A stretch of 64,000 bases of DNA from Macrostomum lignano (Eukaryota). The stretch's first letter is position 1. The number at the start of each line of letters is the position of its first letter. The stretch is from positions 248,001-312,000 of the forward strand of contig NIVC01000197.1 in the NCBI GenBank assembly GCA_002269645.1, read 5' to 3'. Below, in pieces: positions 37,401 through 47,900 of this stretch. The notes below the pieces were generated by a model. It was given only the letters and a program-made list of their open reading frames with translations. It searched no databases and was not told the DNA's origin. Both the position numbers and the translations under genes were made by a program.

Positions 37401-37899
37401 AGACACACAGGCAGACAGGCAGACACACAGGCAGACACACAGGCAGACAGACAGACACACGGGCAGACACACCGGCAGACACACAGGCAGACACACAGGC
37501 AGACAGGCAGACACAGGCAGACACACAGGCAGACAGGCAGACACACAGGCAGACACACAGGCAGACAGGCAGACATAGGCAGATACACAGGCAGACACAC
37601 AGGCAGACAGGCAGACACACGGGCAGACACACGGTCAGAGACACAGGCAGATACACAGGCAGACACACAGGCAGACAGGCAGACACACGGGCAGACACAC
37701 TGGCAGACACACTGGCAGACACACAGGCAGACACACAGGCAGACAGGCAGACACACAGGCAGACAGGCAGACACAGGCAGACACACAGGCAGACACACGG
37801 GCAGACACAATCCGCACCACTCCGCACTGCAGATACTTGATGGGAGAGGCGAGCAGTAGCGCCGGCAGGTTCGGCAGCGGCGGTGGCCGAGCGAAGTGA
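31441..37899 (+). CDS. AGBL4: Cytosolic carboxypeptidase 6 (tubulin deglutamylase, M14 family), about 507 aa
   Basis: Exons 31441-31495, 32385-32638, 33329-33423, 33592-34053, 34618-34729, 34810-35012, 35699-35811, 36307-36469 and 37833-37899. Motifs KKGHLVFDACFEGGNLGRV, RVHPGE, MLNPDGV, GFDLNRHW, DLHAHS and YTLEVS. The first and last exons are less certain. Confidence 0.92.
32762..33254. repeat. About 15-bp minisatellite, AGBL4 intron 2
   Basis: Unit TTAGCACCAGGGGCT. Confidence 0.95.
34075..34440. repeat. About 12-bp pyrimidine-rich minisatellite, AGBL4 intron 4
   Basis: Unit TTCCCCGGTTCC, decaying to the right. Confidence 0.9.
35020..35400. repeat. Degenerate minisatellite of about 16 bp, AGBL4 intron 6
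   Basis: CGTACTTGGGTGTGAT variants. Confidence 0.85.
35920..36260. repeat. 33-bp minisatellite, AGBL4 intron 7
   Basis: Unit GCGTACCTGAACCAAAGTACTGTTAAAGTGCAA. Confidence 0.95.
37078..37808. repeat. CAGGCAGACACA-type array, AGBL4 last intron
   Basis: 12-bp core with 8-bp variants. Confidence 0.95.
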
Positions 37900-38024
37900 G
37901 CAGCCAGTCTTGGAGCGCGGTGACTCAAAATCTGATCAAAACCTGAGCACTGCGGCCGCCCCTTTCAACTCGCTCGCGAATAAAACTTGTATCATATTTT
38001 TGGTTCTGCTAGTTTTCAGCTCCT

Positions 38025-38039
38025 GTTTCCCCTAGCAAC
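38025..38039. promoter_or_regulatory. Candidate RFX X-box
   Basis: GTTTCC-CCT-AGCAAC fits the GTTNCC-N(0-3)-RGYAAC consensus and lies about 2.1 kb upstream of the CCDC89 ATG. Confidence 0.4.
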
Positions 38040-39087
38040 CCTGTAAGACTTTGCTTGTCACAGATCCACAGCCTTCAGCATAGGATAAAGAGTGAGACTT
38101 GCTCAGCCTATCAAAGAGTAACTGCGTGTCCTGTACATAGAGCTCACCATAATATTAGTTTTTTTCCTTTGCTTTTAAGTGCAACAGTCTAAAGTTCGGC
38201 AAGACTTAGCTATTTTTACTGTTTATTACTTTGCTAACAAGATTTTGAATAATTGTCACAAAATTTTAGATCACAGCAGAATAAATTTGATACACTGACC
38301 GATAAAGATTTTGTCGGGATTTTTTAAAAGCAGCAGCAGCTGAAAGTAAAGTTTAATTATTTTTTTCATCACCCATCTTAGTTAGCTTTAGGCATTAGGG
38401 ATTAGGACAAATGATAGGCAGTGAACAAAAAGGCAGAACATTATCCGTGCTGTATTACTAATGGCAGCATAGCAAGTATTTTTGTGGTTTGTTTTTTATG
38501 CGTATATTATTTTTGATTGACTTCTTCAAGACAGGTTATGAAAAATTTATTTATGATTTTTAGAGCCCGATACACCTATGCAGATCCGATAAAATTTTTT
38601 CAATGTTTTCCTACTCTTTTATTAAAATTAAGGAAAATACGATTGGACAAGCTTCTTGCGATGTTAGCTGCACCCTCTTTTTGTAGTTCAAGGATGGTAA
38701 GCAATTCATAATTATTTTTTTAGTAATCAGCAGGCTGCAATACATGAGTAGTGGGGCGGTGTATGTTGCATAGGTAAAGCAGAGGGGTTAAGACTGCTAT
38801 TTTTCAAAGCCCTCTTTTTCATTGATTTATCTGGCCTTTTTAATAGAGACGGTAAGGTTTGAATTGCCAGGCGGAACACAATTATATAGCAACGGTTTTT
38901 AATCGACTAATTCTTGCCCAATGAGAAATGCTTGCATCTCTCAATGCTTGAATCATTTCTAATCAAATTATTTATGAATTTAATAATGTCACGTGGTAAG
39001 TTCTAATTGTATACGAGAGTGCACCGGTGCTATTTTTTCTTATATTTATTGGTCCCCTGTCCAATCACAGGCTGCAGCAAAGCTGCG

Positions 39088-39460
39088 TGTATTTATTCCC
39101 CACTTGGGCCTGGCCATAGACTACAGAAACGTTTTTATTTGGAGTTTTATTGCTCCAGGCCAAATAAATGCGTTTCTGTAGTCTATGGCTAGGCCAAATA
39201 AAAACATTTCTGTAGTCTATGGCTAGGCCAAATAAAAAAATTTCTGTAGTCTATGGCCAGGCCAAATAAAAACATTTCTGTAGTCTATGGTCAAGCCAAA
39301 TAAAAACATTTCTGTAGTCTATGGCCAGGCCAAATAAATAAATTTCTGTAGGCTATGGCCAAGCCAAATACATTTGTAAATACGTTTCTTTAGTCTATGG
39401 CCAGGCCAAATAAGTACGTTTCTGTAGTCTATGGCCAGACCCAAGTGAGGAATAAATACA
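39088..39460. mobile_element. TIR element (about 45-bp TIRs) with an internal tandem array of about 33 bp
   Basis: Left TGTATTTATTCCCCACTTGGGCCTGGCCATAGACTACAGAAACGT is inverted at the right end. The internal unit TTTCTGTAGTCTATGGCCAGGCCAAATAAAAACA copies the inner part of the right TIR. Confidence 0.7.
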
Positions 39461-39849
39461 TTTCTCCCCGCTGGCTTCACATACGCCCGCTACCACAATA
39501 TTCGCGACCATAATCAATTAAACAAGCGGAAAAATGACTTATACCTATAATCTGTCACTTCAAGCCTTTATGATGCGCACAAATTTTATTATTCACTTCT
39601 GCTTCACATTATTTTGCGAATTATGCGTCACTTGTTACTAACACAAACAAACTCACAATATTCCAGCCTACGCGGCTACAGAGAGCTCACTTCACCTGCT
39701 GAAAGTGCCAGCGTATTTTCTGCTAATTTACAGCCCCTTTTAGAGTTATTAGGAAACCCTAAGTTTGGAGTAATTTTGAGTGACAAGTTCGATTTTAGAT
39801 TGACAAAACTAGCAAGTGAAAGTGCCAAGCTATTCGATAAGAGTGACAA

Positions 39850-40101
39850 GTTGTTACGTTAGAGTGACAAGTTATTGAATTAGAGGGACAACATATTGAA
39901 TTAGAGTGGCAAGTTGTTGAATTAGAGTGACAAGTTATTGAATTAGAGTGACAAGTGATTGAATTAGAGTGACAAGTTATTGAATTAGAGTGACAAGTGA
40001 TTGAATTAGAGTGACAAGTTATTGAATTAGAGTGACAAGTGATTGAATTAGAGTGACAAGATATTGAATTAGAGTGACAAGATATTGAATTAGAGTGACA
40101 A
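39850..40101. repeat. 21-bp minisatellite immediately upstream of the CCDC89 coding start
   Basis: Unit GAATTAGAGTGACAAGTTATT. Confidence 0.95.
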
Positions 40102-40125
40102 GTGAGTGCTTTCGGAGTGCCGAGA

Positions 40126-42745
40126 ATGTCACGCCAGCAGCAGCAGCAGCCGCCACAGCTGGACGTGGCCGACCTGGCCGGCCTGGCTTCGCACGCGCCG
40201 CTGGACTCCACAGGGCAGCCGGACGCCGAGCTGCAGCAGCAGCTGGGCCGCCTGCGCCACCTCGAGCCGGAGGACAAGTCCGAGCTCGGCCTGCTGCGCT
40301 CCCGGGTCGAGGACCAGTCGCACCTCATCATGATGCTGAAGCAGCGCTCTGACGAGAATCTGATGCGGGCGCAGACGCAGGAACGACTCAACAAACAGCT
40401 GGAGGAGGCGCGCGCTGAGGCTGAGCAGCGGCTGGAGCGGGAGCTGCAGCGGTTCCGCGTGCTCGAGGACCAGTTCGAGACGCTCAGCTCCAACCATGAG
40501 CAGCTGATTCAGTTCAACAATGAGCACAAGCAGCAGAAGGAGTGGCTGCAAAAGGTTGGTGTCCGAGGCCACTGTACACCCCGTGTGATTCATTTCCTTG
40601 GCAACTTAACCTCAGAAAGTTCAATTTTTCTAATCGCGCTGAAGCTCATCGAGGTTCATCTTGACGGTCTTGAATACTGAGTGTGTGTGGATAGGAAATC
40701 TCAATTTTGTAGTGCAAATAATTGTTTTCTCTACATATCGGGCATCGGTTGGCTCCACTGGGATTCAGGAACTTCAAAGGAATCTGCTGCATGTTAGAAT
40801 TTGTTATAAATCACAAAATTTTCCGGGATTTTTTCAAACGCGCAAAATTAAACGCATATTTTAATCAGTAAGACATACACTACTGCAGCTCATCAGTAGG
40901 CAGTAGCGAATATTTATGCTCGGATTTTAATTTAAAAAATCCTAACTGGCCCACCGACTCAAGGAGAACACAAAACTGCGCGACCACTTCGAGACGCTGG
41001 TGGCCGCCCGACTGCGGGAGCGCGACGCTGAGACCAGCAGGCTGACTGAGCGACTGGCCACGGCCGAGCGGCAGCTGCAGGAGAGCCGCCAGGAGGCCGG
41101 CCAGACCGCTGACCGGCTGAATGCCCGCCTGGCAGAGCTGTCCGCCCGGGCGGAGCGGCTGGAGGCGGACGCGGCCGCTGCGAAGGCGGCGGTCAGGGAG
41201 CGGGACGCCCAGCTGGACGAGCTGCGGGCGGCGGCGGCCGCGGAGGGCGAGTCCGGGCGGACCAAACTGGCTGAGCTGACCAAGTGAGCCAGGACTCCCT
41301 GCTGTCAGACACCATAGGCACACGCCAGACACCATAGGCACACGCCAGACACCATAGGCACACGCCAGACACCATAGGCACACGCCAGACACCATAGGCA
41401 CACGCCAGACAACATAGGTACACGCCAGACACCAGAGGCACACACACACTAGACACCATAGGCACACGCTAGACAACATAGGTACACGCCAGACACCCCA
41501 AACCCACACGGCAGACACCCCAAACCCACTCGGCAGACACCCCAAACCCACACGGCAGACACCCCAAACCCACACGGCAGACACCCCAAACCCACACGGC
41601 AGACACCCCAAACACACACGGCAGACACCCCAAACCCACACGGCAGACACCCCAAACCCACACGGCAGACACCCCAAACCCACACGGCAGACACCCCAAA
41701 CCCACACGGCAGACACCCCAAACCCACACGGCAGACACCCCAAACACACATGGCAGACACCCCAAACCCACTCGGCAGACACCCCAAACCAACACGGCAG
41801 ACACCCCAAACCCACACGGCAGACACCCCAAACCCACACGGCAGACACCCCAAACCCACACGGCAGACACCCCAAACACACATGGCAGACACCCCAAACC
41901 AACACGGCAGACACCCCAAACCCACACGGCAGACACCCCAAACCCACACGGCAGACACCCCAAACCCACACGGCAGACACCCCAAACACACACGGCAGAC
42001 ACCCCAAACCCACACGGCAGACACCCCAAACACACATGGCAGACACCCCAAACCCACACCGCAGACACCTTAAACCACACGGCAGACACCCCAAACACAC
42101 ACGGCAGACACCCCAAACCCACACGGCAGACACCCCAAACCCACACGGCAGACACCCCAAACCCACACGGCAGACACCCAAACACACATGGCAGACACCC
42201 CAAACCCACACCGCAGACACCTTAAACCACACGGCAGACACCCCAAACACACACGGCAGACACCCCAAACCCACTCGGCAGACACCCCAAACCAACACGG
42301 CAGACACCCCAAACCCACACGGCAGACACCCCAAACCCACACGGCAGACACCCCAAACCCACGCGGCAGACACCCCAAACCCACACGGCAGACACCCCAA
42401 ACCCACACGGCAGACACCTCCCCCCGCAGAGAGAAGGACTCCCTGCTAACCCTGTCGATGGAGCGCGGCCGCCTCTGCGAGGAGAAGCAGCGGGAGCTCA
42501 AAGCTGCCCGAGAGCGGCAGGAGGTGGCGGAGCGCCGTCTCCGCGAACTGCAAGACCGCTACAGCCGGGACACCGAGGCGGTGAGCTCCGACGCGGCGGT
42601 GAAGAAGCTTCGAGCCGACTTGGAGTTTCATCGGCGCGCTCTGGCCGACCTTCGCCAGGAATTCTCCGCCTACAAAGTGCACGCTGGCAGTGCGCTCAAG
42701 CAGGAGAAGGAGATCAACGCCCGTCTGCGTAGCAACATCGCCTGA
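40126..42745 (+). CDS. CCDC89: Coiled-coil domain-containing protein 89 homologue, about 354 aa
   Basis: Exons 40126-40554, 40964-41283 and 42430-42745, phase-consistent. LLRSRVEDQSHLIMMLKQRSDE, FETLSSNHEQLIQF, EKDSLLTLSMERG and KQEKEINARLR match the CCDC89 pattern as recalled. The start codon is uncertain. Confidence 0.8.
41305..42420. repeat. Two adjoining minisatellites (20 bp then 22 bp) filling CCDC89 intron 2
   Basis: AGACACCATAGGCACACGCC, then CAGACACCCCAAACCCACACGG, running to the acceptor. Confidence 0.95.
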
Positions 42746-43455
42746 GAGTTCCGGTTGCTAAGGACTCTGCCAACCATTAGAGCACTAAAACATTGCTGCA
42801 GCATCTCCAGCGGCTACTGTTTGAGATTAAAAACTTTCATTTTTGGCATAGAGAAAGAAATGGGGGGATTGATGTGAGGATTAAGGTGCTAGCATGCCGA
42901 CAATCTCGGACAGACATGGCAACGGTAAGCAGTGTTCCAATTTCTTATCGCCTTGTCAAACAAGCAGGCAGATTCCCAGCTTGAATTACAAGGACTTTTA
43001 TCTGTATAAAGCACCTGGACTGGACGCGCCGCTCATTAGTTTTTTTAGCCTCGCAAAGATGTTATTTGCCTGACGATGTTAGACATCCCTGCGGCAGACA
43101 GGGAAAGGCAGACTATGCCTATAGAAATTGTGTAAACATTTTATGGCTTTTTCACATTTACTTTCAATGATTAAAGCGTTAGCCGTACCGTTTTTTTGTT
43201 TTAATTTTGTTACATCTTTTGTTTTACTGTCTACAGTCTGTGATCTGGTTTAAACTGTTTTAAGCATGCCGTTTTGCATTCTATTCAGTGAGTCTTTGTT
43301 CTCATCAATAATTGATCGAATTCTCCAATGTGGCTCTGCAGTTCTGGCTTTGAGCTCTAGAAGTATTGAATAAAAACATGCTGCTCGTGATCTGAGTTTT
43401 AACTGCTTTTTTTAACCTCACGGCTTCAAAATGACATATTTTGACAGCCTAATCA

Positions 43456-43890
43456 GGGTCTGTGCCAGTCCACTCAGTTGTGGGTCTGTGCCAGTCCACT
43501 CAGTTGTGGGTCTGTGCCAGTCCACTCAGTTGTGGGTCTGTGCCAGTCCCGTCAGTTGTGGGTCTGTGCCAGTCCAGTCAGTTGTGGGTCTGTGCCAGTC
43601 CACTCAGTTGTGGGTCTGTGCCAGTCCAGTCAGTTGTGGGTCTGTGCCAGTCCAGTCAGTTGTAGGTCTGTGCCAGTCCAGTCAGTTGTGGGTCTGTGCC
43701 AGTCCAGTCAGTTGTGGGTCTGTGCCAGTCCAGTCAGTTGTGGGTCTGTGCCAGTCCAGTCAGTTGTGGGTCTGTGCCAGTCCAGTCAGTTGTGGGTCTG
43801 TGCCAGTCCAGTCAGTTGTGGGTCTGTGCCAGTCCAGTCAGTTGTGGGTCTGTGTCAGTCCAGTCAGTTGTGGGTCTGTGCCAGTCCAGT
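43456..43890. repeat. About 26-bp minisatellite downstream of CCDC89
   Basis: Unit GGGTCTGTGCCAGTCCAGTCAGTTGT. Confidence 0.95.
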
Positions 43891-44619
43891 CTGGCCCTGT
43901 GGCTTTACGTGGGATTTAGTGCCTCCACAACGGCCAGCTCCCAAGGCACACAGAGTGCACATGCCTGTCGATTAAAAGTCAGGGCTGCTGTGCACCCTGT
44001 ATGAGCGGGTTCAGGCTCAGGGTTGGCGGAAGGGGCCTGAATGCTTGCGCAGCAACCAGCCAGTCAGCTCACCATCAAGTCCGCACTCACCATGGCTACA
44101 CACAGGTGGAGCAGCTCACAGAGCGCAGTTTAAACAGAAAAAGCAAAACAGAAACGCTCAGAATTGTCTCCAAAGCCATGCCTGAATTGTTTTTCGAGTG
44201 CTCTAGCTAGCAGCGTGTTGCTTTTTGAGGCAATTTGCCTGCATGCTCAACCCTTCTGAAGGCGGCAGAAACATTTTCAATAATGAATTTCTCGCGAGAG
44301 AATGGCAGGTGCTGCGCGACGTGATTTTTTTTTGTTTCGTTTTCCCAACCAGCCATCCGCGCTTCAATTGAGCTGGGAATAAACAGCCTCGTTTCCCCCA
44401 TTGTCTTCGCCTGATTGTTGATCATTCCCATTGTTCCGCTCCTGCAGTCGCTTATGGGCTGGCATTACGGGGGGGCAATTGTCATTGGCTGAGAGGCGGA
44501 GTGCTCGATTCTGTCCTCTCCTTGCTTTTTTGCAGAGAGGAAATTTCTATATTTGCAACCTATAGAGATCTATCAGTTAGCTTGACTCCTAGAGCTGGGA
44601 GAGGAAAATCGAAGTCGCC

Positions 44620-44860
44620 AAATCAGAAGCAGCAAAAGCAGAAGCAGCAAAAGCAGAAGCAGCAAAAGCAGAAGCAGCTAAAGCAGACAGCTAAAGCAGA
44701 AGCAGCTAAAGCAGAAGCAGCTAAAGCAGAAGCAGCTAAAGCAGAAGCAGCTAAAGCAGACAGCTAAAGCAGAAACAGCAAAAGCAAAAGCAGCAAAAAC
44801 AGAAGCAGCTAAAGCAGAAGCAGCTAAAGCAGAAGCAGCTAAAGCAGAAGCAGCCAAAGT
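44620..44860. repeat. 15-bp minisatellite just upstream of the small membrane protein ATG
   Basis: Unit GCAGAAGCAGCTAAA / GCAGAAGCAGCAAAA. Confidence 0.9.
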
Positions 44861-44911
44861 AGCAACAAAAAGGTAGCAACAGCGAAAGCGAAACATTTTT
44901 CGTCTTAAAAA

Positions 44912-47900
44912 ATGCCTCAAAGACAGCAAAGTCAGGTGTTTCTAGCTGTCGTTGTTATCATCGGCCTTCGGCTAATTCAATCGGCCGCGGGCACTACCAG
45001 CTCCGGGACTCTGTGCTACAAGGACAACAACCCCAGCAACCCGGACCCCTACAACAAATACACGTGCGAGGACAGCGCCAAGCCAAACTGCTGCCAGGAA
45101 GGCGACCTCAGCACCTGCTGCGACTATGACCCGACTCAGCGGACCATGTGAGCGGCTCTGGGAGATCGAGTTTGCGGCTGAATCTTACACCAGATTCTCC
45201 CTGACACCCGATTCTCCCTGACACCCGATTCTCCCTGACATCCGACTTCCCCTGACACTCGATTCTCCCTGACACCCGATTCTCCCTGACACCCGATTCT
45301 CCCTGACACCCGATTCTCCCTGACACCCGATTCTCCCTGACACCCGATTCTCCCTGACACCCGATTCTCCCTGACACCCGATTCTCCCTGACACCCGATT
45401 CTCCCTGACATCCGATTCTCCCTGACACCCGATTCTCCCTGACATCCGATTCTCCCTGACACCCGATTCTCCCTGACACCTAATTCCCCTGACACCCGAT
45501 TCTCCCTGACACCCGATTCTCCCTGACACCCGATTCTCCCTGACACCTAATTCCCCTGACACCCGATTCTCCCTGACACCTAATTCCCCTGACACCCGAT
45601 TCTCCCTGACACTCGATTCTCCCTGACACCCGATTCTCCCTGACACCCGATTTTCCCTGACACCTAATTCCCCTGACACCCGATTCTCCCTGACACCCGA
45701 TTCTCCCTGACACCTAATTCCCCTGACACCCGATTCTCCCTGACACCCGATTCTCCCTGACACCTAATTCCCCTGACACCCGATTCTCCCTGACACCTAA
45801 TTCCCCTGACACCCGATTCTCCCTGACACTCGATTCTCCCTGACACCCGATTCTCCCTGACACCCGATTCTCCCTGACACCCGATTCTCCCTGACACCCG
45901 ATTCTCCCTGACATCCGATTTCCCTGACACCTAATTCCCCTGACACCCGATTCTCCCTGACACCCGATTCTCCCTGACACCTAATTCCCCTGACACCCGA
46001 TTCTCCCTGACATCCGATTCTCCCTGACACCCGATTCTCCCTGACACCTAATTCCCCTGACACCCGATTCTCCCTGACACCCGATTCTCCCTGACACCCG
46101 ATTCTCCCTGACACCCGATTCTCCCTGACACTCGATTCTCCCTGACACCCGATTCTCCCTGACACCTAATTCCCCTGACACCCGATTCTCCCTGACACCC
46201 GATTCTCCCTGACGCCCGATTCTCCCTGACACCCGATTTTCCCTGACACCTAATTCCCCTGACACCCGATTCTCTCTGACACCCGATTCTCCCTGACACC
46301 TAATTCCCCTGACACCCGATTCTCCCTGACACCCGATTCTCCCTGACACCTAATTCCCCTGACACCCGATTCTCCCTGACACCCGATTCTCCCTGACACC
46401 CGATTCTCCCTGACACCTAATTCCCCTGACACCCGATTCTCCCTGACACCCGATTCTCCCTGACACCTAATTCCCCTGACACCCGATTCTCCCTGACACC
46501 TAATTCCCCTGACACCCGATTCTCCCTGACACCCGATTCTCCCTGACACCTAATTCCCCTGACACCCGATTCTCCCTGACACCTAATTCCCCTGACACCC
46601 GATTCTCCCTGACACTCGATTCTCCCTGACACCCGATTCTCCCTGACACCCGATTCTCCCTGACACCCGATTCTCCCTGACACCCGATTCTCCCTGACAT
46701 CCGATTTCCCTGACACCTAATTCCCCTGACACCCGATTCTCCCTGACACCCGATTCTCCCTGACACCTAATTCCCCTGACACCCAATTCCCCTGACACCC
46801 TGACAGGCCTGACAGTGCAGACTCCTTGCTTTGCAGTCGCCTGTCTGACAATTGGTCTCATTTAGCCTATCAATTAGCCCTCTGAGCACTCAACCTGTCC
46901 CCTGGTTCCCTCTCTCCATTTTCCGAGGCAGACTGTCAACTGACCGAAAAGGATTTTCTTACTCTCTGAGCCGGCAGGAACACAAATAACAAATAGCAAA
47001 GCAGCAAAAAGTAAAACACTTGAATAAGCAGAAAAGGAAGCTTTGCGTGCACCCCAGCTGTTCGTAGCAACTATACAGCTGGTAGTCCGCCAGAGACCAA
47101 CATTAAAACTAGAAAGTGGAACTCTCCCTCTTTCAAATGTTTTTTCCTCTGGAGGAGAGGGGTCGTTGCGAAGAACTGTATGGAATGATAAGTCAAGTCT
47201 GGTTGCCCCAGTTCCGAGCCAGATAGAGAGGCTAAGCAGGATTCTAGAGGGGAGGGGGGTGAGGGGATGAGAAAAATTATCCCGATGGCACGCAGCTCTG
47301 TCTGATTTTGCTTATTTACGCTCGTAGTTACGCCAATTCCGCTGAGTTTTTTAGTTTATCGGCTCAGAAATCATGATCAGCAAGGTTTTTCGCCGCATTT
47401 GATCTCCATGATTCTCAACATGCACTTCTCAGCTGTCAGCTCTCTTGGAATGTAGAGCTCACGGCCTTTGGGTGGGGAGTATAAAGAGGAGGGGGAATCT
47501 AGAGAGGAGGGGGACTCTAGAGAGGATGGGGAATCTAGAGAGGAGGGGGACTCTAGAGAGGATGGGGAATCTAGAGAGGAGGGGGACTCTAGAGAGGATG
47601 GGGAATCTAGAGAGGAGGGGGACTCTAGAGAGGAGGGGGACTCTAGAGAGGAGGGGGAATCTAGAGAGAATGGGTAATCGAATCTAGAGAGGATGGGGAC
47701 TCTAGAGAGGATGGGGACTCTAGAGAGGATGGGGACTCTAGAGAGGATGGGGACTCTAGAGAGGAGGGGGACTCCAGAGAGGATGGGGACTCTAGAGAGG
47801 AGGGGGACTCTAGAGAGGAGAGGGAATCTAGGGGGGATGGAGAATCTAGAGAGGATGGGGAATCTAGAGAGGATGGGGAATCGAATGTAGAGAGGATGCG

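Noticed and set aside
44501-44929. QKQ/AEAAK helical or antifreeze-like ORF
   Set aside because: It is a 15-bp tandem array with no credible start or splice connection. It could at most be 5' UTR of the downstream gene.
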